From positions 401,388,001 through 401,452,000 of the forward strand of contig OZ024740.1 of assembly GCA_964016885.1 (NCBI GenBank): 64,000 bases of DNA. Direction: 5' to 3'. Numbering within the stretch: the first letter of the stretch is position 1; each line of letters begins with the position of its first letter. The DNA comes from Eledone cirrhosa. Its lineage: Eukaryota. A program made the translations under genes and the position numbers. Below, in pieces: positions 1-13,800 of the stretch. The notes below the pieces were generated by a model. The model was not told the origin of the DNA and did no database searches. It was given only the letters and a program-made list of their open reading frames with translations.

Positions 1-3000
1 AATCAGTACAACATAGAACACTATGTAGAATTAGTACAACATAGAACACTATGTATAATCAGTATAACATAGAACACTATGTAGAATCAGCACAGCATAG
101 AACACTATGTAGAATATGTACAGTATAGAACACTATGTAGAATCAGTACAACATAGAACACTATGTAGAATCAGTACAATATAGACTACTATGCAGAATC
201 AGTACAGTATAGAACACTATGTAGAATCAGTACAACATAGAACACTATGTATAATCAGTACAGTATAGAAAACTATGTATAATCAGTACAGTATAGAACA
301 CTATGTAGGATCAGAACACTATAGAACACTATGTAAAATCAGTACAACATAGAACACTATGTAGAATCAATACAACATAGAACACTATGTAGAATCAGTA
401 CAGTAGAGAGCACTATCTCGAATCAGTACAACATAGAACACTATGCAGAATCAGTACAACATAGACCACTATGTAGAATCAGTACTGTATAGAACACTAT
501 GTAGTATCAGTACAACATAGAACACTATGTAGAATCAGTACAGTATAGAACACTATGTAGAATCAGTACAACATAGAACACTATGTAGAATCAGTACAAC
601 ATAGAACACCATGTAGAATCAACTCAACATAGAACATTACGTAGTATCATTACAACATAGAACACTATGTAGAATCAGTACAGTAGAGAACACTATGTAG
701 AATCAGTACAATATAGAACACTATGTAGAGTCAGTACAACATAGAACACTATGTAGAATCAGTACAACATAGAACAATATGTAGAATCAGTACAACATAG
801 AACACCATGTAGAAACAACTCAACATAGAACATTACGTAGAATCAGTACAACATAGAACACTATGTAGAATCAGTACAGTATAGAACACTATGTAGAATC
901 AGTACAGTATAGAACACTATATATAATCAGTACAACATAGAACACTATGTAGAATCAGCACAGCATAGAACACTATGTAGAATCAGTACAGTATAGAACA
1001 CTATGTAGAATCAGTACAACATAGAACACTATGTAGAATCAGTACAATATAGACTACTATGCAGAATCAGTACAGTATAGAACACTATGTAGAATCAGTA
1101 CAACATAGAACACTATGTATAATCAGTACAGTATAGAAAACTATGTAGAATCAGTACAGTATAGAACACTATGTAGGATCAGAACACTATAGAACACTAT
1201 GTAAAATCACTACACCATAGAAAACTATGTAGAATCAGTACAGTATAGAGCACTATGTAGAATCAGCACAACATAGAACACTATGTAGAATCAATACAAC
1301 ATAGAACACTATGTCGAATCTGTACAGTAGAGAGCACTATGTAGAATCAGTACAACATAGAACACTATGTAGAATCAGTACAACATAGAACACTATGTAG
1401 AGTCAGTACAACATAGAACACAATGTAGAATCAGTACAACATAGAACAATATGTAGAATCAGTACAACATAGAACACTATGTAGAATCAGTACAGTATAG
1501 AACACTATGTAGAATCAGTACAGTATAGAACACTATGTAGAATCAGTACAATATATAACACTATGTAGAATCAGTACAGTATAGACCACTATGTAGAATC
1601 ACTAAAACATTGAACACTATGTAGAATGAACTCAACATAGAACACTATGTAGAGTCACTACAGTATAGAGCACTATGTAGATTCAGTACAACATAGAACG
1701 CTATGTAGAATCAGTACAACATAGAACACTATGTAGAATCAGCACAGGATAGAACACTATGTGGTATCAATACAACATAGAGCACTATGTATAATTAGTA
1801 CAGTATAGAACACTATGTAGAATCAATACAGTATAGAACACTATGTAGAATCAGTACATCATAGAACACTATGTAGAATCAGTACAGTATAGAATACTAT
1901 GTAGAATCAGTACAGTATATAACACTATGTAGAATCAGTACAGTATAGAACACTATGTAGAATCAGTACAGCATAGAACACTATGAAGAATCAGTACAGT
2001 AGAGAGCACTATGTAGAATCAGTACAACATAGAACACTATGTAGAATCAATACAACATAGAACACTATGTAGAATCAGTACAGTAGAGAGCACTATGTAG
2101 AATCAGTACAACATAGAACACTATGTAGAATCAGCACGACATAGAAAACTATGTAGAATCAATACAATATAGAACACTATGTAGAATCAGTACAACATAG
2201 AATACTATGTAGAATCAGTACAGTATAAACTATTATGCAGAATCACTGCAGTATAGAACACTATGTAGAATCAGAACAACATAGAACACTATGTAGAATC
2301 AACACAACATAGAACACTATGTAGAATCAGTACAGTATAGAACACTATGTAGCATCAGTACAGTATAGAACACTATGTAGTATCAGTACAGTATAGAACA
2401 CTATGTAGAATCAGTACAGTAGAGAATACTATCTAGCATCAGTATAGTAGAGAGCACTATGTAGAATCAGTACAGTATAGAACACTATGTAGAATCAGTA
2501 CAACATAGAACACTATGTAGAATCAGTACAGTATAGAACACTATGCAGAATCAGTACAACATAGAACCCTATATAGAATCACTAGAGTATAGAACACTAT
2601 GTAGAATCAGTACAATATAGAACACTATGTAAAATCAGTACAACATAGAACACTATGTAGAATCAGTACAGTATAGAACACTATGTAGAATCAGTACAAC
2701 ATAGAACACTATGTAGAATCAGTACAGTATAGACTACTATGCAGAATCAGTACAGTATAGAACACTATGCAGAATCAGTGCAGTATAGAACACTATGTAG
2801 AATCAGTACAACATAGAACACTATATAGAACCAATACAACATAGAACACTATGTAGAATCCGCACAACATAGAACACTATGTAGAATCAGTACAGTATAG
2901 AACACTATGTAGAATCAGTACAGTATAGAACACTATGTAGAATCAGTACAGTATAGAACATCATGTAGAATCAGTACAGTATAGAACACTATTTAGAATC

Positions 3001-6000
3001 AGTACACTATAGAACACTATGTAAAATCAGTACAACATAGAACACTATGTAGAATCAGTACAACATAGAACACTATGTAGAGTCACTACAGTATAGAACA
3101 CTATGTAGAATCAGTAGAACATAGAACACTATGTAGAATCAGTACAGTATAGACTAATATGCAGAATCATTACAGTATAATACACTATGTAGAATCAGTA
3201 CAACATAGAACACTATGTAGATTCAGTACAACATAGAACACTATGTAGAATCAGTACAGTATAGAACACTATGTAGAATCAGTACAACATAGAACATTAT
3301 GTATGATCAGTACATCATAGAACACTATGTAGAATCAGTACAGTATAGAACACTATGTAGAATCAGTACAGTATAGAACACTATGTAGAATCAGTACAGT
3401 ATGGAACACTATGTAGAATCAGTACAGTATAGAACACTATATAGAATATGTGCATCATAGAACACTATGTAGAATCAGTACAGTAGAGAACACTATGTAG
3501 AATCAGTACAGTAGAGAAAACTATGTAGAATCAGTACAGTATAGACTACTATGCAGAATCAGTACAGTATAGAACACTATGTAGAATCAGTACAACATAG
3601 AACACTATGTAGAATCAGTACAGTATAGAACACTATGTAGAATCAATACAACATAGAACACTATGTAGAATTAGTACAGTATAGAAAACTATGTAGATTC
3701 AGTACACCATAGAACGCTATGTAGAATCAGTACAACATAGAACACTATGTAGAATCAGCACAGGATAGAACACTATGTAGAATCAATACAACATAGAACA
3801 CTATGTAGAATTAGTACAGTATAGAACACTATGTAGAATCAGTACAGTGTAGAACACTATGTAGAATCAGTACATCATAGAACACTATGTATAATCAGTA
3901 CAGTATAGAATACTATGTAGAATCAGTACAGTATAGAACACTATGTAGATTCAGTACAGTATAGAACACTATGTAGAATCAGTACAACATAGAACATTAT
4001 GCAGAATCAGTACAGTATATAACACTATGTAGAATCAGTACAGTATAGAACACTATGAAGAATCAGAAAACTATAGAACACTATATAGAATCAGTACAGT
4101 ATAGAACACTATGTAGGATCAGAACACTATAGAACACTATGCAAAATCAGTACAACATAGAACACTATGTAGAATCAATACAACATAGAACACTATGTAG
4201 AATCAGTACAGTAGAGAGCACTATGTAGAATCAGTACAACATAGAACACTATGTAGAATCAGCACAACATAAAAAACTATGTAGAATCAATACAACATAG
4301 AACACTATGTAGAATCAGTACAACATAGACCACTATGTAGAATCAGTACTGTATAGAACACTATGTAGAATCAGTACAACATAGAACACTATGTAGAATA
4401 AGTACAGTATAGAACACTATGTAGAATCAGTACAATATATAACACTATGTATAATCAGTACAGTATAGACCACTATGTAGAATCACTAAAACATTGAACA
4501 CTATGTAGAATCAACTCAACATAGAACACTATGTAGAATCAGTACACTATAGAACACTATGTAGAATCAGTACAACATAGAACACTATGTAGAATCAGTA
4601 CAACATAGAACACTATGTAGAATCAGTACAACATAGAACACTATGAAGAATCAGCACAGCATAGAACACTATGTAGAATCAGTACAACATAGAACACTAT
4701 GTAGAATCAGCACAACATAGAATACTATGTAGAATCAATACAACATAGAACACTATGTAGAATCAGTACAGTAGAGAGCACTATGTAGAATCAGTACAAC
4801 ATAGAACACTATGTAGAATCAGCACGACATAGAAAACTATGTAGAATCAGTACAACATAGAATACTATGTAGAATCAGTACAGTATAAACTATTATGCAG
4901 AATCAGTGCAGTATAGAACACTATGTAGAATCAGAACAACATAGAACACTATGTAGAATCAACACAACATAGAACACTATGTAGAATCAGTACAGTATAG
5001 AACACTATGTAGCATCAGTACAGTATAGAACACTATGTAGTATCAGTACAGTATAGAACACTATGTAGAATCAGTACAGCATAGAACACTATGTAGAATG
5101 TGTGCATCATAAAATACTATGTAGAATCAGTACAGTAGAGAATACTATGTAGCATCAGTATAGTAGAGAGCACTATGTAGAATCAGTACAGTATAGAACA
5201 CTATGTAGAATCAGTACAACATAGAACACTATGTAGAATCAGTACAGTATAGAACACTATGTAGAATCAGTACAATATAGAACACTATGTAGAATCAGTA
5301 AGTATAGAACACTATGTAGAATCAGTACAGTATTGAACACTATTTAGAATCAGTACACTATAGAACACTATGTAAAATCAGTACAACATAGAACACTATG
5401 TAGAATCAGTACAGTATAGAACACTATGTAGAATCAGTACAACATAGAACACTATGTAGAATCAGTACAGTATAGACTACTATGCAGAATCAGTACAGTA
5501 TAGAACACTATGCAGAATCAGTGCAGTATAGAACACTATGTAGAATCAGTACAACATAGAACACTATATAGAATCAATACAGCATAGAACACTATGTAGA
5601 ATCCGCACAACATAGAACACTATGTAGAATCAGTACAGTATAGAACACTATGTAGAATCAGTACAGTATAGAACACTATGTAGAATCAGTACAGTATAGA
5701 ACATCATGAAGAATCAGTACAGTATAGAACACTATTTAGAATCAGTACACTATAGAACACTATGTAAAATCAGTACAACATAGAACACTATGTAGAATCA
5801 GTACAACATAGAACACTATGTAGAGTCACTACAGTATAGAACACTATGTAGAATCAGTACAACATAGAACACTATGTAGATTCAGTACAACATAGAACAC
5901 TATGTAGAATCAGTACAGTATAAAACACTATGTAGAATCAGTACAACATAGAACACTATGTAGATTCAGTACAACATAGAACACTATGTAGAATCAGTAC

Positions 6001-7639
6001 AGTATAGAACACTATGTAGAATCAGTACAACATAGAACATTATGTATAATCAGTACATCATAGAACACTATGTAGAATCAGTACAGTATAGAACACTATG
6101 TAGAATCAGTACAGTATAGAACACTATGTAGAATCAGTACAGTATAGAACACTATGTAGAATCAGTACAGTATAGAACACTATATAGAATATGTGCATCA
6201 TAGAACACTATGTAGAATCTGTATAGTAGAGAACACTATGTAGAATCAGTACAGTAGAGAACACTATGTAGAATCAGTAGAGTATAGACTACTATGCCGA
6301 ATCAGTACAGTATAGAACACTATGTAGAATCAGTACAACATAGAACACAATGTAGAATCAGTACAGTATAGAACATTATGTAGAATCAATACAACATAGA
6401 ACACTATGTAGAATTAGTACAGTATAGAAAACTATGTAGATTCAGTACACCATAGAACGCTATGTAGAATCAGTACAACATAGAACACTATGTAGAATCA
6501 GCACAGGATAAAACACTATGTAGAATCAATACAACATAGAACACTATGTAGAATTAGTACAGTATAGAACACTATGTAGAATCAGTACAGTATAGAACAC
6601 TATGTAGAATCAGTACATCATAGAACACTATGTAGAATCAGTACAGTATAGAATACTATGTAGAATCAGTAAAGTATAGAACACTATGTAGATTCAGTAC
6701 AACATAGAACACTATGTAGAATCAGTACAACATAGAACAATATGTAGAATCAGTACAACATAGAACACCATGTAGAATCAACTCAACATAGAACATTACG
6801 TAGAATCAGTACAACATAGAACACTATGTAGAATCAGTACAGTATAGAACACTATGCAGAATCAGTACAACATAGAACCCTATATAGAATCACTAGAGTA
6901 TAGAACACTATGTAGAATCAGAACAATATAGAACACTATGTAGAATCAGTAAGTATAGAACACTATGTAGAATCAGTACAGTATTGAACACTATTTAGTA
7001 TCAGTACACTATAGAACACTATTTAAATCAGTACAACATAGAACACTATGTAGAATCAGTACAGTATAGAACACTATGTAGAATCAGTACAACATAGAAC
7101 ACTATGTAGAATCAGTACAGTATAGACTACTATGCAGAATCAGTACAGTATAGAACACTATGCAGAATCAGTGCAGTATAGAACACTATGTAGAATCAGT
7201 ACAGTAGTGAACACTATGTAGAATCAGTACAGTATAGACTACTATGCAGAATCAGTACAGTATAGAACACTATGTAGAATCAGTACAACATAGAACACTA
7301 TGTAGAATCAGTACAGTATAGAACACTATGTAGAATCAATACAACATAGAACACTATGTAGAATTAGTACAGTATAGAAAACTATGTAGATTCAGTACAC
7401 CATAGAACGCTATCTAGAATCAGTACAACATAGAACACTATGTAGAATCAGCACAGGATAGAACACTATGTAGAATCAATACAACATAGAACACTATGTA
7501 GAATTAGTACAGTATAGAACACTATGTAGAATCAGTACAGTATAGAACACTATGTAGAATCAGTACATCATAGAACACTATGTATAATCAGTACAGTATA
7601 GAATACTATGTAGAATCAGTACAGTATAGAACACTATGT

Positions 7640-10600
7640 AGATTCAGTACAGTATAGAACACTATGTAGAATCAGTACAACATAGAACATTATGCAGAAT
7701 CAGTACAGTATAGAACACTATGTAGAATCAGTACAGTATAGAACACTATGTAGAATCAGTACAGTATAGAACACTATGAAGAATCAGAAAACTATAGAAC
7801 ACTATATAGAATCAGTACAGTATAGAACACTATGTAGGATCAGAACACTATAGAACACTATGCAAAATCAGTACAACATAGAACACTATGTAGAATCAAT
7901 ACAACATAGAACACTATGTAGAATCAGTACAGTAGAGAGCACTATGTAGAATCAGTACAACATAGAACACAATGTAGAATCAGCACAACATAAAAAACTA
8001 TGTAGAATCAATACAACATAGAACACTATGTAGAATCAGTACAACATAGACCACTATGTAGAATCAGTACTGTATAGAACACTATGTAGAATCAGTACAA
8101 CATAGAACACTATGTAGAATCAGTACAGTATAGAACACTATGTAGAATCAGTACAATATATAACACTATGTATAATCAGTACAATATAGACCACTATGTA
8201 GAATCACTAAAACATTGAACACTATGTAGAATCAACTCAACATAGAACACTATGTAGAATCAGTACACTATAGAACACTATGTAGAATCAGTACAACATA
8301 GAACACTATGTAGAATCAGTACAACATAGAACACTATGTAGAATCAGTACAACATAGAACACTATGAAGAATCAGCACAGCATAGAACACTATGTAGAAT
8401 CAGTACAGTATAGAACACTATGTAGAATCAGTACAACATAGATCACTATGTAGAATGAGTACAGTATAGACTACTATGCAGAATCAGTACAGTATAGAAC
8501 ACTATGTAGAATCAGTACAACATAGAACACTATGTATAATCAGTACAATATAGAAAACTATGTAGAATCAGTACAGTATAGAACACTATTTAGGATCAGA
8601 ACAGTATAGAACACTATGTAAAATCACTACACCATAGAAAACTATGTAGAATCAGTACAGTATAGAGCACTATGTAGAATCAGTACAACATAGAACACTA
8701 TGTAGAATCAGCACAACATAGAACACTATGTAGAATCAGTACAGTAGAGAGCACTATGTACAATCAGTACAACATAGAACACTATGTAGAATCAGCACAA
8801 CATAGAACGCTATGTAGAATCAATACAACATAGAACACTATGTAGAATCAGTACAGTAGAGAGCACTATGTAGAATCAGTACAACATAGAACACTATGTA
8901 GAATCAGCACGACATAGAAAACTATGTAGAATCAATACAATATAGAACACTATGTAGAATCAGTACAACATAGAATACTATGTAGAATCAGTACAGTATA
9001 AACTATTATGCAGAATCAGTGCAGTATAGAACACTATGTAGAATCAGAACAACATAGAACACTATGTAGAATCAACACAACATAGAACACTATGTAGAAT
9101 CAGTACAATATAGAACACTATGTAGCATCAGTACAGTATAGAACACTATGTAGTATCAGTACAGTATAGAACACTATGTAGAATCAGTACAGCATAGAAC
9201 ACTATGTAGAATGTGTGCATCATAAAATACTATGTAGAATCAGTACAGTAGAGAATACTATGTAGAATCAGTACAGTATAGAACACTATGTAGAATCACT
9301 ACAACATAGAACATTATGCAGAATCAGTACAGTATAGAACACTATGTAGAATCAGTACAATATAGAACACTATGTAGAATCAGTACAGTATAGAACACTA
9401 TGAAGAATCAGAAAACTATAGAACACTATATAGAATCAGTACAGTATAGAACACTATGTAGGATCAGAACACTATAGAACACTATGCAAAATCAGTACAA
9501 CATAGAACACTATGTAGAATCAATACAACATAGAACACTATGTAGAATCAGTACAGTAGAGAGCACTATGTAGAATCAGTACAACATAGAACACAATGTA
9601 GAATCAGCACAACATAAAAAACTATGTAGAATCAATACAACATAGAACACTATGTAGAATCAGTACAACATAGACCACTATGTAGAATCAGTACTGTATA
9701 GAACACTATGTAGAATCAGTACAACATAGAACACTATGTAGAATCAGTACAGTATAGAACACTATGTAGAATCAGTACAATATATAACACTATGTATAAT
9801 CAGTACAATATAGACCACTATGTAGAATCACTAAAACATTGAACACTATGTAGAATCAACTCAACATAGAACACTATGTAGAATCAGTACACTATAGAAC
9901 ACTATGTAGAATCAGTACAACATAGAACACTATGTAGAATCAGTACAACATAGAACACTATGTAGAATCAGTACAACATAGAACACTATGAAGAATCAGC
10001 ACAGCATAGAACACTATGTAGAATCAGTACAGTATAGAACACTATGTAGAATCAGTACAACATAGATCACTATGTAGAATGAGTACAGTATAGACTACTA
10101 TGCAGAATCAGTACAGTATAGAACACTATGTAGAATCAGTACAACATAGAACACTATGTATAATCAGTACAATATAGAAAACTATGTAGAATCAGTACAG
10201 TATAGAACACTATTTAGGATCAGAACAGTATAGAACACTATGTAAAATCACTACACCATAGAAAACTATGTAGAATCAGTACAGTATAGAGCACTATGTA
10301 GAATCAGCACAACATAGAACACTATGTAGAATCAATACAACATAGAACACTATGTAGAATCAGTACAGTAGAGAGCACTATGTAGAATCAGTACAACATA
10401 GAACACTATGTAGAATCAGCACAACATAGAACACTATGTAGAATCAATACAACATAGAACACTATGTAGAATCAGTACAGTAGAGAGCACTATGTAGAAT
10501 CAGTACAACATAGAACACTATGTAGAATCAGCACGACATAGAAAACTATGTAGAATCAATACAATATAGAACACTATGTAGAATCAGTACAACATAGAAT

Positions 10601-10887
10601 ACTATGTAGAATCAGTACAGTATAAACTATTATGCAGAATCAGTGCAGTATAGAACACTATGTAGAATCAGAACAACATAGAACACTATGTAGAATCAAC
10701 ACAACATAGAACACTATGTAGAATCAGTACAATATAGAACACTATGTAGCATCAGTACAGTATAGAACACTATGTAGTATCAGTACAGTATAGAACACTA
10801 TGTAGAATCAGTACAGCATAGAACACTATGTAGAATGTGTGCATCATAAAATACTATGTAGAATCAGTACAGTAGAGAATACTATGT
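7640..10887. repeat. Tandem block duplication, period 1624 bp (58 monomers)
   Basis: Rare variants recur at offset 1624: GAATCAGAAA 7781/9405, GATCAC 8441/10065, ATGTGTGCATCATAAAATAC 9211/10835. A few monomers differ between copies. Confidence 0.9.
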
Positions 10888-13800
10888 AGCATCAGTATAG
10901 TAGAGAGCACTATGTAGAATCAGTACAGTATAGAACACTATGTAGAATCAGTACAACATAGAACACTATGTAGAATCAGTACAGTATAGAACACTATGTA
11001 GAATCAGTACAATATAGAACACTATGTAGAATCAGTAAGTATAGAACACTATGTAGAATCAGTACAGTATTGAACACTATTTAGAATCAGTACACTATAG
11101 AACACTATGTAAAATCAGTACAACATAGAACACTATGTAGAATCAGTACAGTATAGAACACTATGTAGAATCAGTACAACATAGAACACTATGTAGAATC
11201 AGTACAGTATAGACTACTATGCAGAATCAGTACAGTATAGAACACTATGCAGAATCAGTGCAGTATAGAACACTATGTAGAATCAGTACAACATAGAACA
11301 CTATATAGAATCAATACAGCATAGAAAACTATGTAGAATCCGCACAACATAGAACACTATGTAGAATCAGTACAGTATAGAACACTATGTAGAATCAGTA
11401 CAGTATAGAACACTATGTAGAATCAGTACAGTATAGAACATCATGTAGAATCAGTACAGTATAGAACACTATTTAGAATCAGTACACTATAGAACACTAT
11501 GTAAAATCAGTACAACATAGAACACTATGTAGAATCAGTACAACATAGAACACTATGTAGAGTCACTACAGTATAGAACACTATGTAGAATCAGTACAAC
11601 ATAGAACACTATGTAGATTCAGTACAACATAGAACACTATGTAGAATCAGTACAGTATAAAACACTATGTAGAATCAGTACAACATAGAACACTATGTAG
11701 ATTCAGTACAACATAGAACACTATGTAGAATCAGTACAGTATAGAACACTATGTAGAATCAGTACAACATAGAACATTATGTATAATCAGTACATCATAG
11801 AACACTACGTAGAATCAGTACAGTATAGAACACTATGTAGAATCAGTACAGTATAGAACACTATGTAGAATCAGTACAGTATAGAACACTATGTAGAATC
11901 AGTACAGTATAGAACACTATATAGAATATGTGCATCATAGAACACTATGTAGAATCTGTACAGTAGAGAACACTATGTAGAATCAGTACAGTAGAGAACA
12001 CTATGTAGAATCAGTACAGTATAGACTACTATGCCGAATCAGTACAGTATAGAACACTATGTAGAATCAGTACAACATAGAACACAATGTAGAATCAGTA
12101 CAGTATAGAACACTATGTAGAATCAATACAACATAGAACACTATGTAGAATTAGTACAGTATAGAAAACTATGTAGATTCAGTACACCATAGAACGCTAT
12201 GTAGAATCAGTACAACATAGAACACTATGTAGAATCAGCACAGGATAAAACACTATGTAGAATCAATACAACATAGAACACTATGTAGAATTAGTACAGT
12301 ATAGAACACTATGTAGAATCAGTACAGTATAGAACACTATGTAGAATCAGTACATCATAGAACACTATGTAGAATCAGTACAGTATAGAATACTATGTAG
12401 AATCAGTACAGTATAGAACACTATGTAGATTCAGTACAACATAGAACACTATGTAGAATCAGTACAACATAGAACAATATGTAGAATCAGTACAACATAG
12501 AACACCATGTAGAATCAACTCAACATAGAACATTACGTAGAATCATTACAACATAGAACACTATGTAGAATCAGTACAGTATAGAACACTATGCAGAATC
12601 AGTACAACATAGAACCCTATATAGAATCACTAGAGTATAGAACACTATGTAGAATCAGAACAATATAGAACACTATGTAGAATCAGTAAGTATAGAACAC
12701 TATGTAGAATCAGTACAGTATTGAACACTATTTAGTATCAGTACACTATAGAACACTATGTAAAATCAGTACAACATAGAACACTATGTAGAATCAGTAC
12801 AGTATAGAACACTATGTAGAATCAGTACAACATAGAACACTATGTAGAATCAGTACAGTATAGACTACTATGCAGAATCAGTACAGTATAGAACACTATG
12901 CAGAATCAGTGCAGTATAGAACACTATGTAGAATCAGTACAACATAGAACACTATATAGAATCAATACAACATAGAACACTATGTAGAATCCGCACAACA
13001 TAGAACACTATGTAGAATCAGTACGGTATAGAACACTATGTAGAATCAGTACAGTATAGAACACTATGTAGAATCAGTACAGTATAGAACATCATGTAGA
13101 ATCAGTACAGTATAGAACACTATTTAGAATCAGTACACTATAGAACACTATGTAAAATCAGTACAACATAGAACACTATGTAGAATCAGTACAACATAGA
13201 ACACTATGTAGAGTCACTACAGTATAGAACACTATGTAGAATCAGTACAACATAGAACACTATGTAGATTCAGTACAACATAGAACACTATGTAGAATCA
13301 GTACAGTATAGAACACTATGTAGAATCAGTACAACATAGAACATTCTGTATAATCAGTACATCATAGAACACTATGTAGAATCAGTACAGTATAGAACAC
13401 TATGTAAAATCAGTACAGTATAGAACACTATGTAGAATCAGTACAGTATAGAACACTATGTAGAATCAGTACAGTATAGAACACTATATAGAATATGTGC
13501 ATCATAGAACACTATGTAGAATCTGTACAGTAGAGAACACTATGTAGAATCAGTACAGTAGAGAACACTATGTAGAATCAGTACAGTATAGACTACTATG
13601 CAGAATCAGTACAGTATAGAACACTATGTAGAATCAGTACAACATAGAACACAATGTAGAATCAGTACAGTATAGAACACTATGTAGAATCAATACAACA
13701 TAGAACACTATGTAGAATTAGTACAGTATAGAAAACTATGTAGATTCAGTACACCATAGAACACTATGTAGAATCAGCACAGGATAAAACACTATGTAGA

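Noticed and set aside
23-28. ATG-TAG start-stop element in every monomer (and ATG TTG TAC TGA on the - strand)
   Set aside because: No transcript or ribosome context is visible. Such motifs are expected by chance in an AT-rich repeat.
14-32. Heat-shock elements (nGAAn twice per monomer)
   Set aside because: The GAA units are direct repeats spaced 12 and 16 bp, with no alternating nTTCn, so this is not a canonical HSE.
1-84. Satellite-encoded hammerhead ribozyme (CTGA on the - strand)
   Set aside because: The - strand reads CTGATTCT rather than CUGANGA, there is no GAAA core on that strand, and there is no three-stem architecture.
404-420. Singleton CTATCTCG that could pair with the upstream GAGA
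   Set aside because: It occurs once and cannot be distinguished from chance mutation or error.
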